DNA of 63,338 nucleotides, filler included, from Octopus bimaculoides (taxonomy: Eukaryota), in the NCBI RefSeq assembly GCF_001194135.2. It is 5 parts of 5 records of this genome, joined end to end, with 100 filler letters (N's around TTAATTAATTAA, not from the genome) between each part and the next. Parts side by side here need not be neighbours in the genome. Positions count along the whole stretch, not along the records: positions 1 to 14,395 come from NC_068994.1; positions 14,496 to 36,011 come from NC_068988.1; 3 more parts are not named here. The stretch is one strand, 5' to 3'. This document shows, one piece after another, positions 13,509 through 26,501 of this stretch (positions are counted from its first letter, which is position 1; the number at the start of each line of letters is the position of its first letter). The notes beneath the pieces are model-generated. The model searched no databases. It was not told where the DNA came from and saw nothing but the letters and a program-made list of their open reading frames with translations. The position numbers were made by a program, and so were the translations under genes.

Positions 13509-14224
13509 CAAAGAGTGCAACTGCTATTTGTTCCATAATTGTTTGTTTTCATAACAGATGGGACACGCACTCAACAAACTGAAAATACCTGGGCATGGTT
13601 GACGCTTACATTTGTGAATGTATGTGGAGAAGGAGATACGAGAAAGATAATTTATTTTATAAAATCCTAGAGTGTATTGCAAACTTTCGTTCTTGAATTT
13701 TTTAACTAATAAATGTCTGTTTTAAACAATATTTTGACTATTATTTCTAGCAAATCCTGTTGGTTTGTTCGTAGCTTTTAAATATTTAATTTGCTCGCGA
13801 ATGTTTTAATATTAACTTTGCTCGTGTATATTTTAATATTTTGACTGTTATTTCTAGCAACTCCTGTTGGTTTGTTTGTTCGTAGCTTTTAAATAGTTTT
13901 AATTTGCTTACATAGCCAGTTTAATGTTTTGACAGGCTGGTGCCCCCACCCCCACCCGCACTGATGATGGAACAGAACAGGAGGAGACACGTGGGATGGG
14001 AGTGTCGCTGAAGAGGCCACAAGTGTGTGACGAAAGAATTCCAGACAATGGAGATAAGATAAAAATAATAACAAAAATTACTATTGTTTATTATAATAAA
14101 CGAGTAAAGAACGAATATATAGTGCGTGTGTTTATTTGACAAGAAAAAAAGTTTAAAAAATGACCATTTCCGATTACATTTGTCAGGGTACGCAACTCAG
14201 ATTTCTTATAACGAGTTACCTCCC

Positions 14225-14265
<41 letters not shown>

Positions 14266-14395
14266 TTTTTTTTTTTTTCGGAAATTGACCTCTTGTTAGT
14301 ACTTTCTTGTACAGGCATGAGACGTGAAATTTTGGGAGGATTGCCAGCATTCGACTGGTACTTATTTTATCCTCCCCGAAATGGCGAAAGGCAAA

Positions 14396-14495
14396 NNNNN
14401 NNNNNNNNNNNNNNNNNNNNNNNNNNNNNNNNNNNNNNNTTAATTAATTAANNNNNNNNNNNNNNNNNNNNNNNNNNNNNNNNNNNNNNNNNNNN
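14396..14495. other. Artificial scaffold-join spacer 44N-TTAATTAATTAA-44N
   Basis: Exact 100-bp structure, repeated four times. The linker has stops in all six frames. Confidence 0.95.
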
Positions 14496-17400
14496 CTTAT
14501 AAAGGAGATGGGGGGATGTACTTCTTTTCACCGCATGAATTCATATTTCCTATATATCAATTGTGATTTGCTTTTTTTAATATATGTATATATATTTAAA
14601 CAATGACCAGCATTTTAAAACTATCAATATCCTCAAGTTTGTATAGATAAGATGTATATATTCATTTAATATCTTTCATATGTATATACTGTCTGCATCG
14701 CATCACTTCATGGTTCTGTTTCTACTCATAAATATACATATATATATATTTGTAAATATAGACATTTTAATTCCATACTTATATGTAATTTCATATTGAT
14801 AAGTTATATTTTTTATATATAAATTTATAATGTCCCAACTTGTAAATAAATTTACATTGTATGTATATTATGTAAATATATATATTAATTTCATGATTTT
14901 ATGTATGAATTTATATCTGTAAATAATGATGGATATTTTGACAGAACATAAATATTTACACACAGTGTTTTAATTGATAAATTTTATTTTTCACATATAT
15001 CTTTAGAACTGTTTTAACTCATGAATGTTTTACACCCCTATATATATATATGTATATGTGTGTGTGTCTATGTATGTATATCTATAAAATTCTCCTTTTA
15101 ATGTTTTAATATGCATTAAAATGCATTTACATTTGTAAATATCAACAGACATTTCAATATTCTTTTTTATATATATATTTTTATGTAAGAATAAAGTATA
15201 TTTTAGTATATGTTTCACCTTGTAAATAAGCTTTACCAATCAGTTAAATAAAACATTATTTTTCAAATAATATCTTTGTTTGTTTTTATATATTTCTTCA
15301 AATTTATTTTTCTTGGTTAAATGTTCAAGTGTATAAAGGGAGTCTGAAAACTGATGCTTTTCACTAAATCTGTTGGTAGTAGAGCAGGAAATGATTTGAA
15401 ATCATTACATACAGACACTGACTCAAACATCCACAAACACAGACATTTATATGCGATGGACTTCATCACAGTTTCTACCTACCAGTTTCTCTCATAACAC
15501 ATTGATCAGTCCATAGCTATAGCAAAAGACATTTACCAAAGGTACCATGCAATGCCATTGAACCTTGAACCATGTCCTGCAAAGGGTGCTTCTTATCTCA
15601 TCCAACCATGCCTCCACCTATTGGTCTTAGTAAGAAAACAAAATTTCTTGAGCATCAATGAAATATTTTAGTTAAGTCACAGACATTAACAGTCTTTCAT
15701 CAACTCATTCAGAACATCATCACCACCACCATCATCATCGTCATCAGTTAATGAGTTTCTCATGCTTGCTATGTGTGAAAGGGAATTTGCCGAGACATAT
15801 TTTCTATGATTGCATGCTCTTCCTGTCAACAACCTTCACCTGTTGCCAAGTAAAGTAATTCTTCCTCATAACCAGACATTAGTGTCAGGCAAGTCTGGAA
15901 AGAAGCATTCTCACATAGACCCAAAACATCATTTCTTGCCCAAAGGCCGCATTTGCTCTTATATGCATGTTATATATATATATATATATATATTTACCTA
16001 TACAATGAACTTCTTTCTGTTTCCATCTTACAAATCCACTGACTTGGCTTAGAATACCAATTGGCTATGGAAGCAGAGAAATAGCCCATAGTGCCATGCA
16101 CTGGTACTGTACCCAAGACCACATGACTGGGAAGCAAGCTTCTTAACCATGCCTCCACACCTGCTGCTTTACGATACATATTCTACTGACTATAAATGTT
16201 ACTGATTTGTTATGATATCATAAGAAATGTTATCAGATCTTAACAAAAACAATGCAGCTCTGATATTTCTCCTATTTTTACATGTATCAAGAATAAAATT
16301 ATGAAATGTTTCCTGCTCATTAAGTTTATAATGTGAGATGTGATTTGAGGAACATTTAACTGCAATCTCTTGCAGATCATTTGTCCATTAGCTAAATAAT
16401 ATTTTGGTAAGGGGATTGATTTTATAGGAAATATATTTGTAAAAGATGTTAAGTTAGAAAAGTGACAGCGTTTTGCTATAATTGTTAAAATATGTTAAGG
16501 AAGAGTGGATTTATTCTATGATGATCAGAAATAATCTAATTGGATAAATTGAACAGAACTGGAGAACATTGATTCAATGGTTAATAAGATTTTAATCATT
16601 TCAAAACATGGGAGATAACTGCAAGCATCTTTCAATCGTATTAGATTTCTTTAGTGAAACATAGATTCCGCTGCAGATGCTGGAGCATTTCTTAAGGGAA
16701 TCTCTAAATAAAATTTATGTAACCTGAGTAGACTTAGAAAAGGTGTGTAATATATAAAAATCAATATGTCGCATGGGTTGCTGTTGATTTTTCTGTATTT
16801 TAACATATTGTAACAACCATAATTTTATATTGTTCAGATATAATAATGATTTAGTTTATTGTAAGAAAACTGATGCAATATTGTTAGTATTTTTAATATG
16901 ATGAGTGCAAACTCCTCTACATGGAAAAGTTTGCATATGTGAAAGTTTTATCGGAGTTATTTCCCGTATAACCCAGTGCTGGCAGAATCGTTAGCACTCC
17001 GGGCAAAATGCTTAGCAGTATTTCACCCGTCTTTACGTCCGGAGTTCAAATTCTGACACAGTCGACTTTGCTTTACATCCTTTTGGGGATTGATAAGAAA
17101 AGGAACCATTTGAGCACTCGGTTAATGTAATCGATTTATCCTTTTCTTCGATGTTGCTTGCCTTGTGCCAAATTTGAAACCGATATATATGATCGATAGA
17201 ATCACGGACATTCATGTGTTCTACAGTCCATTTCAAAAACTGATATATTACTTTCTATATATCAAGTCTTTATTTTATCCGTTACATTGCTGTTCTCTTT
17301 TGTTGTTGTAATTCTCATAACTTTTCTGCAAGTATGCAACTCAAATATGATAAAATATAAATTGGCTTCGACTAAAATCAGAAAATGAATTCTTGAAATT

Positions 17401-17974
17401 ATAAGAGAAACCCGCTTGATTATTTTTCTCAAACTTTCTAAGATTCTTTATCAGATTTTCTCTATGAAATGCGTTCCTACATTTGCTGCACAAATACAAA
17501 TTATCATTTTTGCTGGGATGTAAGGTTTTATCATTGGAACAAACTTTAATACGAAATTTGAGCAACACACACACATACACACATCCATTTGTGTGTGAGC
17601 GCGAGTGTGTACGTACGCGAGCATTTGTTATATGACGATGCGTACATTTCGACGTAAATACGTGTAATTTACTCACACACATACACACATACAGGCGCGC
17701 ACATACATACACTCACACATACACATACATGTATATAATTTGTTAGGTGCCAATATATTTATTTGCAATCATAAAATCTAGAACTATGCTATTCTCAATT
17801 TATAGATACAGTTTATACATTTATTCTAATATGTACATTATTCAATCTTATCATCATTTATTAAGTTTTTTCTCTCTCGGTAAAACAGGATTTTTCTCAA
17901 GTATTTTACATTTCATATTTCTATAGTTTAATTATGATGTACGTTGCTTCATAATTGAATTTCTCACTTATTTC

Positions 17975-18051
<77 letters not shown>

Positions 18052-18440
18052 CACTCACACACACACACTCTCACGCATATATATTCATATAGATATATTC
18101 ATATATATATTCATATATGCATGTATATATTTGTATATAAATATATATACATATATATATATATACATATATAAATATATATATGTACACACACATACAT
18201 ATATTCATATGTCTATAAATTTGTATATATATAAGTATATATATGTATATATATGTATGTGTATATGTATGTGTGTATATATGTATATATATATGTATAT
18301 ATTTGTATATATATTTGTATATATGTATGCCTATATATATATGTATGTGTGTATATATATATATGTATATATATTTGTATATATATATGTCTATACATAT
18401 GCATGTATATATATATATATATATGTATATATATTTGTAT
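17975..18440. repeat. Degenerate (TA)n/(TATG)n microsatellite field
   Basis: Directly visible and abuts a gap. Representative of dozens of TA/CA/TACA arrays in the window. Confidence 0.95.
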
Positions 18441-19013
18441 NNNNNNNNNNNNNNNNNNNNNNNNNNNNNNNNNNNNNNNNNNNNNNNNNNNNNNNNNNNN
18501 NNNNNNNNNNNNNNNNNNNNNNNNNNNNNNNNNNNNNNNNNNNNNNNNNNNNNNNNNNNNNNNNNNNNNNNNNNNNNNNNNNNNNNNNNNNNNNNNNNNN
18601 NNNNNNNNNNNNNNNNNNNNNNNNNNNNNNNNNNNNNNNNNNNNNNNNNNNNNNNNNNNNNNNNNNNNNNNNNNNNNNNNNNNNNNNNNNNNNNNNNNNN
18701 NNNNNNNNNNNNNNNNNNNNNNNNNNNNNNNNNNNNNNNNNNNNNNNNNNNNNNNNNNNNNNNNNNNNNNNNNNNNNNNNNNNNNNNNNNNNNNNNNNNN
18801 NNNNNNNNNNNNNNNNNNNNNNNNNNNNNNNNNNNNNNNNNNNNNNNNNNNNNNNNNNNNNNNNNNNNNNNNNNNNNNNNNNNNNNNNNNNNNNNNNNNN
18901 NNNNNNNNNNNNNNNNNNNNNNNNNNNNNNNNNNNNNNNNNNNNNNNNNNNNNNNNNNNNNNNNNNNNNNNNNNNNNNNNNNNNNNNNNNNNNNNNNNNN
19001 NNNNNNNNNNNNN

Positions 19014-19046
<33 letters not shown>

Positions 19047-21184
19047 CCTGTAATGATAAAATGATAAAAATAACCCGTGAAAGGACAGAAGAACTCAAAA
19101 TGCTTGTGTTGATTAACTCCCGAAGTAAATGCTTTGTATTATTATATTTACTTGACTCTCTGGTTTCAAATCCTCTGGTTTCAAATGCTATCAGGATTAT
19201 CTTTGCCTTTTATGCTTCATGTCCTCGATCCTAAATCCCGAAATATTTGTAAATTATTGGGCACCTGTTATCATTCTTTTACTTTTCCTGGTGAAAAAAT
19301 TTTGTTTGAAACGGCGAAGCTGTTTCTTTTACAGTTTATGCGTTAAACTGATATAGAACTTGTTCCTTCTGTGTTGTCTTCTTTTTGGGCTCATTGTCTA
19401 CCATAACTGACTACATATCTATTTCTTTATCTAAATGTTTATTTCTATGTAACACCTGAGGTTGTAGAACCAGCGACCTCAGGTGTTACCTCAGGTGACT
19501 CTTTTCGCAACAAAATCAAGGAATGCGTCTGCGAAAAGTTTATCGATTTCAACTGTCGAACAATAAAGAACAGATTAGGAAGACCTTTCTTGGAAGAGAC
19601 CAAAATACCTCAACTGAACCGAAAGAATAAAAGGAGTTTTTGAGAAGTTCGAACCTAACATGTCTACCTACCGAGACTATCTCATTTTAGAAATTATTTC
19701 TATGCTTTTATCAAAGTTTTCAAATTTAACAATAACGTTCTCTGAACAATATATATTTTACTATTTATAGGTTATTATTCATTGTTTATCTGATTCGAGA
19801 TCCAGCGTTCCAAATTTTAAAAAAATTACTTTTTATCGTTTGGGGAGTGATAATGAACCGGTCATGAACTGGGGTCGATTTTTCTCTTTTAGAATAATTT
19901 ATGGTCTGTAGTGAGAGGGGCCGCAAGGCATCACTCGTAGAACTCTTTCTTTAGAAACGAAGTAGGATTTATTCAGAGGTACGTTGTTGGAATCACTCGT
20001 GGACGGATCGATGGACAGGAGAAGGCAGAACAGAAATATAGGGCAATATTTTATTGGTACTTGAAGGATTAGCGCTAAAGTCCACCACGTTATGATCTGA
20101 ACTCAGAACAAAACAATGTAACTCAGATAATAAGCGTAAATATGTAAACAATTTAATCTTCCGGATAAACGAAATTTATATATTAATTGTGAAGAAAATT
20201 CTAAAAATGTTTCATTGAAAGTTACTCAAAAATAATTATATCTATATGATGACATTGAATAAATCGATAACTTCGATTAATGATGAGAAAATCAGGAAAA
20301 GATAGATTGGTGCTGGTTTTTAGAAGAAGCTGGTTTACATGTTGTCTCGGTCTTCGGAACAAATTTCATGGAAATACTGTTGAAAAAAAAAAGAAACAGA
20401 AGAATTAACAGGTTTTGATGGAAATAACTGTTGAAGAAACGAGATGAAGGATAATGGACAGTTGAGAAATGTGTATTTTGACTTCGGCAGAATTTGAATT
20501 CAGAACGTGAAGATGAACGAAACGCCGCAAAGCATTTTGTCCGCTGTGGTAACGATTCCGCCAGTTCACCGCCTTAAATAATAATAATAATCCTGTCTGC
20601 TATAGGTACAGAGCCTGAAATTATGCAGGAAGGTGGTGGTGTATCTAGTCGATAATATCGATTCCAGTGCTCAACTGGTCCTATTTTACCGATCCCGGGA
20701 AGTTGGAAAACAAAAGAGATCTCAGAACTTGAACTAAGAAAGTTGAGACGTAACTAGATACCACACGGTACTTCGTTCAGCCTTTTACCGTTTCCGATAC
20801 GCCACCACCACCACCACAACAACATCAACAACAGTGAAAAAAACAACAACAATTGTTGAGGATACAAAGTCGAATACCAAACGCTAATCGCACTCTGTTG
20901 TCGACTACTTTGAAACTGAAATAAACGTTGACTCATTCTTTCTCGATCACTAAATCGACATCAAATGGAAAAATATGCTGATCAAAGCAAGAGCCTTAAC
21001 ACGGTCGCTTGACATGCTAGAAAAAGTAGTCAAATTTCCTCAAATCAATACCCACTTACGAGTGACTTGAACATCTAATCCTAGATATACAGAAGAGTGT
21101 GATGGATGTTGGACTTTGTTTAAACAAGATAAGCAAAAACAAACTATAAAGCATTTACTATGGAGAGTAATCTTTCATCCTCAC

Positions 21185-21277
21185 CTGGTTGTCCATAACT
21201 ACAGCATCTTTTAGTTGCCATTCTTCATCTTCTTGGTTGTAGAACTGCATAAAACTCTCCTTACATACGGAACACAT
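21185..21277 (-). CDS. PCF11-like: PCF11-type zinc finger 2 exon (MCSVCKESFMQFYNQEDEEWQLKDAVVMDNQ)
   Basis: Matches the PCF11 second zinc knuckle CxxCxExFxQxxxxExEEWxLKxAV. Acceptor gtattttgcaacag, donor CAG|gtgagg, 93 nt, phase 0/0. Confidence 0.9.
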
Positions 21278-23301
21278 CTGTTGCAAAATACAGGCAAATT
21301 TGCGCTAGAAAATATTTGTAATATCCTGCCAGATTCCGGTTTTTAAAGATTCGTAAATGAAATACAAGAAATACTGAGATAATATAATATAACTGGAGTC
21401 CATAGATTATCTTTACAACTTCCACACTTGCAGACTTCAAATTAATTTATAGATACGCTTTAATATCAAATACATTCTCACTCACATTCATATAAATATA
21501 GAACCTGTAAACTAGGAGACAGACAGACTGACAGAGAGACCTGAAGGAGGGTTGGCGGTAGAGAGAGCATGTCATCGATGAGGTCGCGTTTGGTGACGAA
21601 AGCACTTGACAAACTTAGCTGTTTCATTGATTCGCCGAATTATTAATTAAAGAATCAAGCAATCGATTAATAAATTGGTTGAGTAGTTAACTGGTTAAGT
21701 TATAAAATAGTAGAATAGAACCAATGCCTATGTTTATTATTGGCATAATGATATTCCTCACACACAACATAAACGTTCTTGTGGAGAAATTGTTTCTTTG
21801 CACTGGTAGAAGGGGAAGACTGAAATTTGGTTTGAAGTTATCTGCACATTTTTCTATATGTTCACTGAGAGGAATTTTCCTGTTTTGAGGGAAACGGATT
21901 TGCTCTTTATGTAGAGTGGTTCTCCTTTTCAAGGTGATACTCATCTGTCCAATATAGTTGTGTCCATTTAAATAAAGAAACTTTTTTCATTGAAAAATAC
22001 AGAACACGTCTTAATATGCACGCATAACGAACTTTTATCTTTTTTCATATTTCAATTCACGATTAAATCACAGTACATAAATCTCCTCGCTAAACAAGTT
22101 CTTCGAAACCTTTTTTTTTTTGTGTGTGTTTGTGTACACATATATATTCCCCTCCTCTTACCCGAAAGCTGAACAGTTATCTCTCTTACACACAACAACA
22201 ATAATAACGATAACCAATTACCTCCCCTTATTTTTCTACTTGTGAAGCCATTCATTCGTAAATATCATCACACACAACATGGACAAAAATTTCTTCTTAA
22301 GAAAATACATATTCAAATAAGTAAACCATAATATCATGAATAGTGAAAGTGAAACCGGTTGATATATTAAAAATTCTATTAAAACTATGTAAAGTGTGTG
22401 TATTTTCCTTTTTTTAATTTCTTATATATATTACAACTCACCACGTGGGGATAATCGAAATTCCTCTTTTTCTGTTACTATTANNNNNNNNNNNNNNNNN
22501 NNNNNNNNNNNNNNNNNNNNNNNNNNNNNNNNNNNNNNNNNNNNNNNNNNNNNNNNNNNNNNNNNNNNNNNNNNNNNNNNNNNNNNNNNNNNNNNNNNNN
22601 NNNNNNNNNNNNNNNNNNNNNNNNNNNNNNNNNNNNNNNNNNNNNNNNNNNNNNNNNNNNNNNNNNNNNNNNNNNNNNNNNNNNNNNNNNNNNNNNNNNN
22701 NNNNNNNNNNNNNNNNNNNNNNNNNNNNNNNNNNNNNNNNNATATATATATATATAAGAAAACCGCTTCACAATATCTTTTGTTTCCATTATTATAAATA
22801 TGCATTAGACGGTGAGCACGCAGTATTGTTAACGCACCGGACAAAATGCTTAGCAACATTTCGTCCGTCTTTGTGTTCTGAGCTAAAATTCCGCCTTCCA
22901 TCCTTTCGGGATCGATGAAATATGTATCAGTTGAGTCCTGGGATCAATGTAATCGACTTTACCGCATGCCCCGAACCTGCTGACTTTGTACCAAAATTTG
23001 AAATCCTTATAAATATGCGTATGTATACATACACACATCCACACACTCAATGCACGATTATAAGCGCGACTCATTGGAATTTCTCAGTTCTTTTTCCTAT
23101 TTTGGTGCTTTTATATTTACAAATTTTCATAATAATCTTTCATTTTATCAAAGCTTGCCCTTCTATTATTTTCCATTAAAAAATATTTTGAAGCGTAACA
23201 CTCGAACACATGGACGTCGTAACAGACAGAATATCATACATTATAAAGACCTTTTTGTAAATTGGCATAATCAGGCACCCAAAGAAGTATCATCTACTTA
23301 C

Positions 23302-23393
23302 GTCATTAATACCCGGAATTAACTGGGGCTTTTTAGCAACTTGTTTCTCTTCTGAGTTGATATTTTTGATGCTTCTCTGTTGCTGTTCCTCTG
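23302..23393 (-). CDS. PCF11-like: PCF11-like linker exon between zinc fingers (AEEQQQRSIKNINSEEKQVAKKPQLIPGIND)
   Basis: NAGNAG acceptor (ctattag|cag), strong donor GAC|gtaagt. Phase 1 in and 0 out bridges the two zinc-finger exons exactly. Confidence 0.75.
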
Positions 23394-24176
23394 CTAATAG
23401 TATAAAGATACATAATTATAGGAAGAATGTAACGTGCAGGCTTCCGGATAGTTTTAGCCTACTCATTTTCACTCACAATGTTTGGCTGAATGCGCGAGTA
23501 TGTTAAAAAACACTTAAGTGTCGCACAGTAATATCGAACCCAAATCGTATCGATTTTGAATTGAATCTTCTAGTGATTTAGTCATGCCTGTGTCCGTACA
23601 GAGATGTATGCGCAAAATACACCATAAATTTGCATATATATATATGCATATACGCGCATAGAGATAATTATACAGTCTTACATACACTCCACACGTACAG
23701 CATACATGCAAGCCAAGAAAAGACGTAGTTACTCGTCCTGCAAAAATAGTCACTAGATGTCCCTCGCATCACGTAATTGTCTTGAAGGACACTGGATAAC
23801 TTTATGCCGATTTCTTTATATTAAAAACCCCGACAGGATGTTCATGGATGGAATATTTTTGCTGAAGATCTTTTCAGTCGAGACTTACCTGGGGCTAAAC
23901 AGAATAACATGAACAAAAATAACTTTACGTGGTTGCTGGAGCTGCTAGAAATAGCAGATAAATCGCTGTCAAATTGTGTAACCTTGGTTTGCTAGTATGT
24001 TTAGCGAGTCGAAATGACACCTTCGTCGCTCTCACGCTGGCTTCTTACTATTCCCCATACCAACAGGTTTATTAACTTACTAATTCTCAGTATTTCTGCA
24101 ATCTAATATTATCCTACATCTCTTCACTACGAACGTTGTTCTTATCCGCCAGAAAAAAAAAAGAACTATAACATAC

Positions 24177-24355
24177 CAATATTCGGTGCCACGTTCTCGT
24201 ACCAATTCCGACATTTCAGGAACCTTCTCTCTGTCTTCAGCTCATTTTGACGGAAATGTTTATCCATGTGTTCTCTATCAATAACCGAACTTCTTCGACC
24301 ACATGTTGAGCACTGTTTACCGTCATAGAGATTTTCGATCAGCAGGTTTGGGAAC
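24177..24355 (-). CDS. PCF11-like: PCF11-type zinc finger 1 exon (FPNLLIENLYDGKQCSTCGRRSSVIDREHMDKHFRQNELKTERRFLKCRNWYENVAPNI)
   Basis: Matches the PCF11 motif LYxGxQCxxCGxR...HxDxHFRQN...RxWY (CCHH). Acceptor gtgttttag, donor G|gtatgt, phase 2 in and 1 out. Confidence 0.9.
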
Positions 24356-24415
24356 CTAAAACACATCAATGCTGAAATTAAATATTGAAAGAAAAAAAAA
24401 ACGCATTTGGCCAAA

Positions 24416-24446
<31 letters not shown>

Positions 24447-24596
24447 ATGCGCATATGCATACGTGATATGGCAAGTAAGAAGAATAGGAAGCCTGATGTG
24501 TCAATAGGAGTTAGATACATATCACAAAATTCTGATGGTTTGACTTATGAAAGCATATCAAGAAATAATCGCAGATTACAAGAAGTTGTCACCCAC

Positions 24597-24778
24597 ACAG
24601 TGAGACGTTCCTTGTTAAATATTGGTAAAATAGCGTTCATTTTCGCCTCACTTTCTGAAGTGTACATAACCTGAATATTGCAACCAATCTTTAGGCCATT
24701 AATGTCCATTGTTTTATATTCTTGCCAGTTGCTTGGATTTAGCTTCAAGGATTCATCTTTCGGTGGAGTTGTGTCTTT
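24597..24778 (-). CDS. PCF11-like: PCF11-like exon (KDTTPPKDESLKLNPSNW...NAILPIFNKERLT)
   Basis: Acceptor ggtttccag (phase 0), donor GT|gtgggt (phase 2), open for 60 codons. The end 'LPIFNKERL' resembles PCF11 'PxLxFxxExLK' just before zinc finger 1. Confidence 0.72.
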
Positions 24779-25070
24779 CTGGAAACCACGATAGAAACTG
24801 CAGTTAACGACAAAGTAAAGCGACTGAATATAAAGCTGTATTAAATACATTTATACTTCAACATGAGATACTACATATACAGATACACGTGCACATGTAC
24901 AATATATATCTGAAGCGCTAATTGTAAACTGGAAGCTACTTTGTATAAAGAACTCAAAGTAAGATTTATAGTCTTCTGTGTGTTTGCTTAATATTTTCAT
25001 TTTAAATGTATTCAGAAGGTATTTATTGTCTCTTCATATATAAAACGATTACATCGATCCTGTATTCGTA

Positions 25071-25132
<62 letters not shown>

Positions 25133-25905
25133 TTGTGTGTGTGTGTGCGCGCGCGCGCGTGTGCGTGTATAGATATATACTCCCTGCTTAAATGATTAAC
25201 AATTTTTAGTTTAAAGGTGAAAGACGAGGTGAATAGTTTAGATGTTTTGTGAGGTAATTTGGGGGTACATAGTCCCTATTTTCTTTGTGTTTGTTTAATT
25301 CATGTCTGCATAAATAAATCAACACCAGAAGCTAGCTGTTTAGTCGTTATTCGCTCTTAGGGATTAGATATTTCATTTTAGCTGAAATAAGGTTGTATTC
25401 CCTTGGCTCGTGTCAGTGTAACTACTATATATGCATTTAACACCCCACACTAAATTCCCCTCGTTATACACACTAAAGGAAGAATTCACTATCTTTCTAA
25501 AACAGTTCTTGTTCCTCGTTGCGACCGCTCGGCCCTTTATCTATTCCTGGTCGACTTTTACACCAACGGTTATACCGTATATAGCTAATCGTCTTTCGTT
25601 CAGCACCGGATGACGAGGTGAACAGTCATCGAAATTTCTAGATGTCCTGTGGTACAAAATGAGAAATATTTCCTAATCTTTAGTGAAGTATATTTGAGAT
25701 AGGAAGAAAAAGTACCGGAAGGGAGAAAATCTATGGAAAACCTCCTTCATATTACACAAAAACAATGATGGCTGCGGAAATAATTCATCACAGAGTAAGC
25801 TCTTTCCCGCTCTTGTCTGTTTTTAATCATTAGATTCGTGAGCACTAGAGGACAACCGGGACCTAAATCAACTTCTTATCATTCAATCAAATATGGATAC
25901 CATAC

Positions 25906-26018
25906 CTTAAAATCTAGCTCTGGTTCTTCAATTGCTTCCTCTGTCACACCTGACGACACTGTTTCACTTGAGATAAATCCCGGCTTAAGTAGATTTCCAT
26001 AGACTTCTGATGGTTCAA
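25906..26018 (-). CDS. PCF11-like: PCF11-like exon (IEPSEVYGNLLKPGFISSETVSSGVTEEAIEEPELDFK)
   Basis: Acceptor tatatgtttcag, donor AAG|gtatgg, phase 1 in and 0 out. Resembles the PCF11 'xDxxELFxKLLxxGII...acidic...PxLxF' segment that precedes the zinc fingers. Confidence 0.78.
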
Positions 26019-26119
26019 CTGAAACATATACATATATATATATATATATGTATCACTATCGAACCAAGAATTTAACTACGGTCTATGCACCCACACACGC
26101 ATACACATACATACATACA

Positions 26120-26165
<46 letters not shown>

Positions 26166-26501
26166 AACATGTATAATATATGTATAGACATACATACATA
26201 TACGTGTATTTTTTACTTTCATTCAAGATCATTTTGTGCCATAGCAGTTAAATTCTTGTCCTTTTTATTTGAACGTCAGATCTAATATTGCTTATACTTT
26301 TAAAATTTTATCAGTAAATACTTTCACAAAACTTTTGATAGATATAACCTTAAAGTAAGTTACAGCTGCACAAATAAATTCGCCTCTTCAACAGCTATTC
26401 ATGTTCCGTGACTTAATCGTAAATCCTTACAATTTCGAAAATAAGACAAAATAAGTACTACCACACTAGTGCTTTCATGATCAGCTATACATCGTACTTA
26501 C

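Noticed and set aside
13728-13908. About 108-bp-period imperfect tandem duplication; also 14-bp x3 at 11673-11718 and 34-bp x2 at 33232-33299
   Set aside because: Ordinary local slippage duplications with no spacer structure. Not CRISPR-like.
14440-14451. TTAATTAATTAA as a homeodomain site or PacI-type motif
   Set aside because: It is always centred in exactly 44+44 N, so it is an assembly linker.
16898-16950. Box C-like ATGATGA followed by an 8-bp hairpin (C/D snoRNA?)
   Set aside because: No box D (CTGA) at a suitable distance and no terminal stem.
21560-21612. Hammerhead-like fold (cgatga-g-gtcgc/gtgac-gaaag)
   Set aside because: The CUGA core is broken and no second copy was seen. Could be chance.
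25609-25640. TGACGA-GGTGA/TCATC-GAAA hammerhead-like string
   Set aside because: C3 is missing and there is no pairable stem III or NUH triplet.
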